The notes below the pieces were generated by a model. That model did no database searches. It was not told the origin of the DNA and saw nothing but the letters and a program-made list of their open reading frames with translations. The translations under genes were made by a program, and so were the position numbers. A stretch of DNA of 25,286 nt from a virus (lineage: Duplodnaviria; Caudoviricetes), in the IMG/VR virus record IMGVR_UViG_3300020403_000081, positions 1 through 25,286 of that record; one strand, given 5' to 3'. Shown here in pieces: positions 18,770 to 25,286 of the stretch (position 1 is its first letter; each line of letters starts with the position of its first letter).

Positions 18770-21700
18770 TAGTATCCATAGCCTCCGCCACCAGAGCCAC
18801 TACCACCTGAGCCACTACCACCTGAGCCGCCACTACCTGAGCCGCCACTACCTGAGCCGCCACTACCGGAATTATAACTAGGGCTACTTGTTCCTGATGT
18901 TGTTGAAGAATTTATAAAAACAGTAGATGTTGTTGCACTACTTAATACACCCGTAGCACTACCTGAAGCGTCTGTAACAACATTACCAGTTGCTTGTAAT
19001 CTTGATGCTGTAATTGCATCTATAATCTCAATATCAGACACATTTGCACCACTTACAAAAATTTCATCACTTTCAGAATTTATCTCAAAAAGACTTCCAA
19101 AACTTTGATCCTTTTGCTGAGGAATAAGAACAATGCTACTTATATCAGGAGATAACTCTTTACTAACATAAGTTGCTAATTCAGTGAAATAAAATTTTTC
19201 TCCAAAATCCCAATTCTCTAAAGAAAAGAAAGCATCAATTGCATCTACAATTTTACTTTTTATTTCATTTTCGTTTACTACTCTTTCAGTATTTAATACT
19301 ACTTTAAATTTTGCTTGCAATTCATTAGGTGCCTTTTCACCAAATAATACTTTATATTTTACTGGATGATATACTACCTCATCACTAATACTTTTTATAG
19401 CATTAATATCTGCTCCAAAAGTTAAAAGCAGATTATCATTACTAGGTGGTAATGGTTTTATTGCAGTTTCACCTGTTAACCATTTTCTAAAATTTATATC
19501 ATAAGATCTTGTTAACAAGTATACATCTATAATATTACTTACACTTGGATCTAATCTTCTATTTTCATTTGCCGCATGGACATATTGAAATTTTATTCCA
19601 CTACGGCCTTCATTTGCTTTGTATATGGAAGTAAAATCTAAGGTGTTTGCTGTTTTGTTAAGAATTTTAAATAATTTAGTTGTTGTGTTATAAAAAACAG
19701 TTCCATCTGCATATTGACTAAATGCTCCAATGCTACCATCTGAGGTAATAACATTTATATTTTCTACACTTGTATCTACATATTTGTATACTTCGTCGCC
19801 TGGACCTTTTTTATGGAAAACATACTTAGTGATTGCATTTGTTGTTGGATCTACAATTTCAGTAAACATATCAGGATCATCTACTACGCCATCATCATCT
19901 TCATCAAAAAATCCTACTTCAATTTTATTACTTTCTACATAACCTTGAGATTCACGATAGTCCGAGGACACTTCCCAATCCCAATCTATTGTAAAATTAG
20001 ATAAAGAATCAGGTTTAGTGTTTATGCTTAATACAGAAATTTTATCTTTTATCACTTTTCCTGTCTTACTATCATAAATTTTATCATTTCCATCAAAATA
20101 AAATTTAATCTCTTCTTTACTTTCAAAAACATATCTTAATGATCTATATGATACATCATAAGTTTCGCCATCGGTTTCAAATAAAAGTAACCAACTTGAA
20201 TCTACTTGTTGATTGCTTGTGTTTCCTGCAGAACTTAAACTAAAATCATCTTTAATATTTAAATTTTGATTTGTTATTAATTTCCATTGTCTGGTTTCAG
20301 TATCATACCTTAAACCAAAAGTTTTATACGCAAATATTTGATCTACTAATTGAGTAATTAAATCAGCAGTGAATGTTCCAGTTAAATTTGGAATAATTTC
20401 TGCAACCTGTGCTTCAGAAGGAATAGTGTCATTAAGTGTTATAGGTCCTAATCCTGTTGTTGTATTTGTAAGTGTGCCATTGTCTGTTACAGAAACAATT
20501 TTTGACCATTTATACATAACTGAATTGGCATGATCTGCTGTGCCAGGCATAAGACCATGTTCATTATTTTTCATAAAATGTTGACCAGTTGGCGGTATAA
20601 ATTTTACTAACGAACCAGGTTCAATGAATCTCATTATGCCAGCAGTAAAAGATCCAACTGCTACTGCTGTATTATTTGTATCTTCAAAATATCCTGTTGA
20701 CATATTAGTTTGATTTGTTTCAGATTTCCAATTAAAATTAAATCCTGCAACAGAACTATTTCTTGAAAAATTAGTATAATAAAAATTCTTTAATTTTGTA
20801 TCTCTAATAATAGAAATTAGTTTATTGTTGATTACTCCTTCTATGTCATTTTTTGTAGTAAAAGTAAATGTGTCTTTTATAGTATACTCATCTCTATAAA
20901 TTATGCCATCATTTCCATATAAATTTGTATTACTATATTTTCCTGTTGCATCTTTCAAATCAAAATATCTACTTATACCACTGCTTGTCCGATTAACGCT
21001 TTTTGTTTTAACAATTTCTTGACTAACAGATAAAGGTCCTACGTTATAATCTTCTCCGGTAATCAGCCTATTTTGTGTATAATATGTGCTAGGTGCTCTG
21101 CTTTTGATGTTTTCTGTAGATTCACTTGCACTTGCATTTTCAACAGATTCTTTTAAATCAAAAATTAAACTTATTGTTTCAGATTTTCCTTTTTTGCTTA
21201 TGTAAGGAATTGTAACATTTATTGCAGTCATATCTGCAGGAACTATACTATAACTTGCATTTGAACTTGTTCTGTAATATGTTCTAAAATTACCATTTGG
21301 TATAGTTCCAAACGTACCATCAGAAAAAATTAAACTTACAGAATCATTTAATCCTGTTAATACACTATATACATCTTTTACACCTTTTGTAAGACTATTA
21401 TAAATTATATTGTTTCCTTCGATACTATCAACCTTTGTCCATAATTTTGATTCTGTAGCATTACTATCTAAACTATACAACCATAAGTCTGTAGAATTAA
21501 TATTTTCACTATCAACACTTACTGTAGTATTAGGTGTACTATTTGTTATTGTAAAATCATTAGATTGTAAATTTCCTTGTCTAAAATGTACAAAAAATCC
21601 AGTGTTATTACTTCCGGAGCCTTGTCCGTTATCTCTATATATAAAACTTAATCTATTTCCAGGTAAAGGTTCTTCTTCTGTTATTGTTGTATCATTAAAT

Positions 21701-22353
21701 GAAGTGCTTACTATTTCAAATTGACGTGATATGTTATCAATAGATTTAGTAAATCCATATACAGGAACTCCATTGCCAATAGAATTAAATCTATATTGTT
21801 CTGTTGCCACACCAACTAGTGTTGCTTTTTTAATAGGTGATCCTATTTCATTTTTTACTGGCAAGGCCGCATTTAATATTTTTGTAAATTGTTCATACCA
21901 ATTAGGATTTGTGCTATCATTCCATGTAATGACTTGATTAGATAAATTATTGTTAAAACTATCAATTACATCTTCAGATGTAGACACACTTTCTAATTTT
22001 AATAATCCATTAGCCGGCACATTCCTTTTTGGATTGTAACTTATTAGCCTTGCTAATCTTAATACACTTTCTCTACGTTCTGCAAGTTCTATGTAATTTT
22101 CTCTAGCGTTAAGATCAGTTCTAAAACTAATATTTTGCCCTAAAAATGCAATCAAATCAACTAGAGCAAGATACTCACTACTTTCAATATAATCGTTAAA
22201 ATCTTCAGGATAATTTTCTCTGATATAGTTAATCATTGTCCTACGCAAATTATCAAAGTCATAACTTTGAAAGTTTGCATATCTAAATGACTGGTATACC
22301 CTCTTCCAATCTTCTGCTAGTAGCAATCTATTTTGTCTATCAGTACTTGCCAT
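18769..22353 (-). CDS. gp6: Baseplate wedge subunit, T4 gp6/baseplate-J-like, extended (1194 aa)
   Basis: It carries the gp6 hallmarks DFDNLR..MI.Y......FNDY.ESS....L.D..A, AERRESV..LAR...Y.P.R, FSDG.FG.IP and ES.E.IK..AP..Y.TQNR.IT.EDY. It lies directly after gp25, with an RBS (AAGGA) at 22361-22365. Confidence 0.88.
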   Translation of the reverse strand: MASTDRQNRLLLAEDWKRVYQSFRYANFQSYDFDNLRRTMINYIRENYPEDFNDYIESSEYLALVDLIAFLGQNISFRTDLNARENYIELAERRESVLRLARLISYNPKRNVPANGLLKLESVSTSEDVIDSFNNNLSNQVITWNDSTNPNWYEQFTKILNAALPVKNEIGSPIKKATLVGVATEQYRFNSIGNGVPVYGFTKSIDNISRQFEIVSTSFNDTTITEEEPLPGNRLSFIYRDNGQGSGSNNTGFFVHFRQGNLQSNDFTITNSTPNTTVSVDSENINSTDLWLYSLDSNATESKLWTKVDSIEGNNIIYNSLTKGVKDVYSVLTGLNDSVSLIFSDGTFGTIPNGNFRTYYRTSSNASYSIVPADMTAINVTIPYISKKGKSETISLIFDLKESVENASASESTENIKSRAPSTYYTQNRLITGEDYNVGPLSVSQEIVKTKSVNRTSSGISRYFDLKDATGKYSNTNLYGNDGIIYRDEYTIKDTFTFTTKNDIEGVINNKLISIIRDTKLKNFYYTNFSRNSSVAGFNFNWKSETNQTNMSTGYFEDTNNTAVAVGSFTAGIMRFIEPGSLVKFIPPTGQHFMKNNEHGLMPGTADHANSVMYKWSKIVSVTDNGTLTNTTTGLGPITLNDTIPSEAQVAEIIPNLTGTFTADLITQLVDQIFAYKTFGLRYDTETRQWKLITNQNLNIKDDFSLSSAGNTSNQQVDSSWLLLFETDGETYDVSYRSLRYVFESKEEIKFYFDGNDKIYDSKTGKVIKDKISVLSINTKPDSLSNFTIDWDWEVSSDYRESQGYVESNKIEVGFFDEDDDGVVDDPDMFTEIVDPTTNAITKYVFHKKGPGDEVYKYVDTSVENINVITSDGSIGAFSQYADGTVFYNTTTKLFKILNKTANTLDFTSIYKANEGRSGIKFQYVHAANENRRLDPSVSNIIDVYLLTRSYDINFRKWLTGETAIKPLPPSNDNLLLTFGADINAIKSISDEVVYHPVKYKVLFGEKAPNELQAKFKVVLNTERVVNENEIKSKIVDAIDAFFSLENWDFGEKFYFTELATYVSKELSPDISSIVLIPQQKDQSFGSLFEINSESDEIFVSGANVSDIEIIDAITASRLQATGNVVTDASGSATGVLSSATTSTVFINSSTTSGTSSPSYNSGSGGSGSGGSGSGGSGGSGSGGSGSGGGGYGY
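18791..18865. repeat. GC-rich 15-bp tandem repeat (5 units) encoding the Gly/Ser tail of the gp6-like protein
   Basis: Three perfect cctgagccgccacta units start at 18821, 18836 and 18851. Two cc(a/t)gagccactacca units start at 18791 and 18806. Confidence 0.95.
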
Positions 22354-22368
22354 ACGTGTGTCCTTTTA

Positions 22369-22384
22369 CTATGTAATATTTATC
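22369..22384 (-). promoter_or_regulatory. Putative late promoter GATAAATATTACATAG (TAAATA core at 22377-22382)
   Basis: It lies in the gp25-gp6 gap just upstream of the RBS and is a near-copy of 527-543. Confidence 0.65.
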
Positions 22385-22404
22385 TGGTTTCGTAAAGTGC
22401 GTAC

Positions 22405-22836
22405 TTAAAGAAGCCCCAAATTTTGATCAAATCTTAATCTTAAAGTTTCACTTATGCTATAAGGCAAATACTTTAAAACACATTCTATTTGTATGCCACT
22501 TTCAAAACTATCTATTGTTATACCATCTACACTTACTCTTGGATCATAGTTTATTATTTCTGTTACGTTTTGGATTATTAATTGTTTTACTTCTTCAGTC
22601 AAAGGTTCATAAAGGATATCCCATATAATTGTTCCAAATCGAGGATTTTCTAATTTTTCTCCTTGCCTTATGTTAAAATGATTTAAAATATCCTGTTTTA
22701 TCAAAGGCAAATCATATAAAGCAAATGATTTTTTTACATCAGTAGACACAGTTGATAAACCTCTATATGATTTAGACACTAATGGCTGTGCAGTTTCTTT
22801 TGTTCCTACTGATATTGTTTTATATAATTGTGACAT
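22405..22836 (-). CDS. gp25: Baseplate wedge/sheath-initiator protein, gp25-like (143 aa)
   Basis: It has the gp25/GPW signature LIKQDILNHF..RQGE...NP.FGT.IWD.L.EP....I......I...DPRV. Its size and position before gp6 also fit. Confidence 0.92.
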   Translation of the reverse strand: MSQLYKTISVGTKETAQPLVSKSYRGLSTVSTDVKKSFALYDLPLIKQDILNHFNIRQGEKLENPRFGTIIWDILYEPLTEEVKQLIIQNVTEIINYDPRVSVDGITIDSFESGIQIECVLKYLPYSISETLRLRFDQNLGLL

Positions 22837-22846
22837 ACTGTATTTA
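22835..22846 (-). promoter_or_regulatory. Putative late promoter TAAATACAGTAT(G) abutting the gp25 start codon
   Basis: TAAATA (22841-22846) is followed by CAGT and then ATG, with no SD sequence in between. The same 12-mer occurs at 5018-5029. Confidence 0.65.
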
Positions 22847-22851
22847 CCGCC

Positions 22852-23874
22852 TTAAAATCTAATGGTTATTCCGTCTTTTAACACTCCTACTGTACTATCC
22901 TTAGGAGCAAGTTGTACTAACTGACCACTTACAGATTTATAAAACACATTCTGAGTAAACAAAGGTCCTGGATTTATACTAAATCCATTATCAGTAGGTG
23001 TAATTATTTGTCCTAATTGTGTTCCTGCATTATTAGATGATTGTATAACTTTTTGTAAGCCGTTATTGACGTCTGGCAAAGTATTTCCTAAAACATTTGT
23101 TAAAGTTTGTGCCGCGGCTTTAACTTCATTTAAGTGTCCGACAGGATTATCTGCAAATCTAATTGCTCCTACTACACCAGCGGCTAAACCAGGATCAATT
23201 GATGTAAACTTTCCTGCTACTGCTCCTGCTACTGCTGATGTAACTCCTGTTTTTAAAACTTCTGGCAAAGCATTATATCCAGCAGAGATGTTATTACCTA
23301 ATTGCCCTATTGCGCCTCCAAAATTATTTAAAGCAGAACCCAATCCTGGCAATGCAGTATCTAAAGTGTTTGTAATACCTTTGAATAAAGGTCCTGCTAC
23401 TTCTCCTATTGCATCTGTAAAACCTTGTATTGCTTGACCTATAGCAGGTACAATATTATTTACTATACCACCAAATACATTTGTAAGACTTGTAGTGCTT
23501 AATAATTGAGATACAACGCCTCCTACCTTGTCTAAGATTCCAGATAGTCCACCTGCTAATAATCCGCCTAATTGGCCAAAACCTCCTCCTGCTGATTTTA
23601 AGAACGTATCTATTGTTTGAAAGACTTCTTCTAAAGTAATATCTTGTATTTTTGTACCTACAACTCTTTTTTTCTCTTCTCCTGTATAAGGGCTTTTACT
23701 AGATTCAGGAACTGGTTTTGAAGAAGAAGCACCAGGTGCTGGTTTATTTTCATTCATTCCTCCTGGTCTTCCTGGTTCTGCATACGGATCTGTCATTGGA
23801 TCATATGCATTTGCCGAACCTTTTGTTCCAACACTTCCGTTATTTACTGGCCAAGCCTCTGCTTCATATGACAT
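22852..23874 (-). CDS. Hypothetical Gly/Ala-rich amphipathic protein between spike and gp25 (340 aa)
   Basis: A strong RBS (GGAGGG, 23882-23887) overlaps the upstream TAG. The protein has a Pro/Ser-rich N-terminus and then ~200 aa of low-charge Gly/Ala/Leu helical-looking sequence. I recognised no family. Confidence 0.75.
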   Translation of the reverse strand: MSYEAEAWPVNNGSVGTKGSANAYDPMTDPYAEPGRPGGMNENKPAPGASSSKPVPESSKSPYTGEEKKRVVGTKIQDITLEEVFQTIDTFLKSAGGGFGQLGGLLAGGLSGILDKVGGVVSQLLSTTSLTNVFGGIVNNIVPAIGQAIQGFTDAIGEVAGPLFKGITNTLDTALPGLGSALNNFGGAIGQLGNNISAGYNALPEVLKTGVTSAVAGAVAGKFTSIDPGLAAGVVGAIRFADNPVGHLNEVKAAAQTLTNVLGNTLPDVNNGLQKVIQSSNNAGTQLGQIITPTDNGFSINPGPLFTQNVFYKSVSGQLVQLAPKDSTVGVLKDGITIRF

Positions 23875-23886
23875 ATTACTACCCTC

Positions 23887-25286
23887 CTATTCTTGTTCTT
23901 TTTCTTTGTCTTCAAGAGGCACATCGTCTTGTATTGCTTTCCTATCTGCTTCTCTTTCTTGCGATTCAGGATGAACATCATTACTTAAATCTCCTGCTTC
24001 GGTTTTTTCCGCTACTGTTTCTTCGGGATTCCAATTCTCATGTCCTGGCCATGGTTCATGTTGTGGTACACGCTGTGGAAATTTTCCCTTTAATGCTACA
24101 GTTGCTTCTGTGGCTTCAGATGCAGTTTCTGCTTCTGGTCCGTTCATGTGAATAGGATTTGCAGATTCAAAATGTCCTTCACCACTTTTGATATTACTTT
24201 TAGCACCACTTGTTAAATTAGTATTTTTTCCTGCACTACTCTCAATATTATTTTCTGCTTTGTGTTTAATATCAGTTGATGCAACAACTTCATAATTATT
24301 ATTTGCTTTTAGTTTTACATCTACTCCGCCTACAACTTCAAAGTTATTAGCGGCATAAATTTTACCATCAACACCAACTTTTATTTCAAGATTAGCACCT
24401 GTAGTTTGAAACATACTACCTGTAACCATAAAATTCATATTTCTACCTGTTTCAAAATTGATATCTCTATCGGCAACAAAATTTATATCATTATGAGAAT
24501 GTAAACTAATACTATCTTTAGCATATATGTCTATTTTTCCATTACTAGACATTTCTAACCAAGCCGAACCTTTACTATTGTTAATGTATATCAAATCTTC
24601 AGTAGTATGCATTAGAATTTGTGCACCAGTTCTAGTTCTTAAACGTATTAATTCATTTTGTGGTAGTGTTACATCTCCGCCAGATTCTTTTGCTTCTTTA
24701 CTCACATATTCATATGGTGAATCAGTAGGCGAACCTTTCCTAATAATTTTATCATCACCATCATCTATTACAAAACTACTACTTCCTAGTCTGTTTACAT
24801 ATATGGTTGCTTTTCCTTCCTTTACTCCTTTTTGTCCTTTTGGAGCACCTGGTCTTTTATCTACAGGACCTGGAGAATTTATGCCAATTACTGAACTAGG
24901 AAATTCTCTCCTTGAACTTGTAGTTGTTAATCCCCTAATATCGTCTTCTACTAATCCTTGCTCTGTAAGTGAAGCAACAAAATCTTCATTAACAGGTTTT
25001 TTAAATTTTGTAGGATCATTAGTACTTGCACTATTAATTTTTTTATTATATTCTGCTGTTGGTAATTTTTTTCCACGTAATGTGCTTGGAACATTACCAC
25101 TTACTAAATTTGTTACAGGTTGTCCGCCAGGAACCATAAAATTCATGTAACTATCTTGTATACAAGCAAACCAATAACCCAAAGCGGCATTTCCTTCTAC
25201 AAAACTTACTAATACTAAACAACCTGGATCAGGTGGAACAGCCCAAAATCCATAACTTTTTTGACTATTGTTATAACTATCATTTT
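23887..25286 (-). CDS. Baseplate hub/central spike, gp5/VgrG-like (5'-partial)
   Basis: The frame stays open past the TTG at 25182 to the window edge, reading NDSYNNSQKSYGFWAVPPDPGCLVLVSFVEGNAALGYW. This matches the end of the gp5/gpV OB-fold (G....P..G..V.V.F..G). It is followed by LRTRTGAQILM, WLEM...G.IDIY, ~8-residue beta-helix repeats (~24170-24520) and RVPQHEPWPGHE. Confidence 0.82.
   Translation of the reverse strand, partial: NDSYNNSQKSYGFWAVPPDPGCLVLVSFVEGNAALGYWFACIQDSYMNFMVPGGQPVTNLVSGNVPSTLRGKKLPTAEYNKKINSASTNDPTKFKKPVNEDFVASLTEQGLVEDDIRGLTTTSSRREFPSSVIGINSPGPVDKRPGAPKGQKGVKEGKATIYVNRLGSSSFVIDDGDDKIIRKGSPTDSPYEYVSKEAKESGGDVTLPQNELIRLRTRTGAQILMHTTEDLIYINNSKGSAWLEMSSNGKIDIYAKDSISLHSHNDINFVADRDINFETGRNMNFMVTGSMFQTTGANLEIKVGVDGKIYAANNFEVVGGVDVKLKANNNYEVVASTDIKHKAENNIESSAGKNTNLTSGAKSNIKSGEGHFESANPIHMNGPEAETASEATEATVALKGKFPQRVPQHEPWPGHENWNPEETVAEKTEAGDLSNDVHPESQEREADRKAIQDDVPLEDKEKEQE

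Larger units (their letters stand above)
58..25286 (-). other. Baseplate/tail-fibre morphogenesis module of a large T4-superfamily-like myophage
   Basis: Nine contiguous minus-strand ORFs run in the order spike, orphan, gp25, gp6, giant structural protein, small conserved protein, three fibre paralogs. Gaps are at most ~50 nt, there are three TAATG overlaps, and TAAATA motifs precede four genes. No cellular housekeeping genes are present. Confidence 0.9.

Noticed and set aside
18791-18865. Tandem repeat as a CRISPR array
   Set aside because: The units are 15 bp, directly adjacent with no spacers, and in frame within a coding sequence.
4358-21937. Remaining short plus-strand ORFs (62-138 aa)
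   Set aside because: All overlap long, motif-supported minus-strand genes and have compositions typical of non-coding frames.
22392-22408. Small inverted repeat AAGT-N4-ACTT after the gp25 stop as a possible terminator
   Set aside because: The stem is only about 4 bp and AT-rich with no convincing U-tract, which is too weak to call.
23841-23846. Intragenic TAAATA copies, such as this one near the start of the 340-aa gene
   Set aside because: The hexamer is expected often by chance at this AT content. This copy lacks the extended flanks and has no start codon positioned downstream.
23066-25150. Plus-strand ORFs 23066..23437, 23718..24155 and 24527..25150
   Set aside because: They are antisense shadows of the 340-aa and spike genes, with no RBS or protein motifs.
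58-25286. Bacterial contractile injection system (T6SS, eCIS or tailocin) instead of a phage
   Set aside because: There are no Tss or Afp-specific genes or host genes in view. The T4-type gp6 N-terminus, the giant wedge-associated protein and the TAAATA elements favour a large myophage. Capsid genes are outside the window, so this is not formally excluded.

Overview
This AT-rich window (roughly 30% GC by eye) is one co-oriented, minus-strand baseplate/tail-fibre module of a large T4-superfamily-like contractile-tailed phage. In transcription order (right to left) it holds: a gp5/VgrG-like spike that is 5'-partial and has no visible lysozyme domain; a 340-aa Gly/Ala-rich amphipathic orphan; gp25; a 1194-aa gp6-like wedge protein ending in a Gly/Ser tandem repeat; a giant 4580-aa multidomain virion protein; a ~203-aa probable baseplate protein; and three tail-fibre-like paralogs sharing one N-terminal domain (672, 610 and 149 aa). 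Four short intergenic gaps carry a TAAATA late-promoter-like hexamer, which occurs as two pairs of extended motifs. One of these predicts a leaderless gp25 mRNA. The third fibre paralog stops abruptly at position 58. There, the first ~100 nt read on the opposite strand as the N-terminus of a KdsC-like HAD phosphatase, which suggests a chimeric or rearranged junction. I saw no RNA genes, CRISPR arrays, IS elements or inteins. All family calls come from motif recognition by eye, not database searches.
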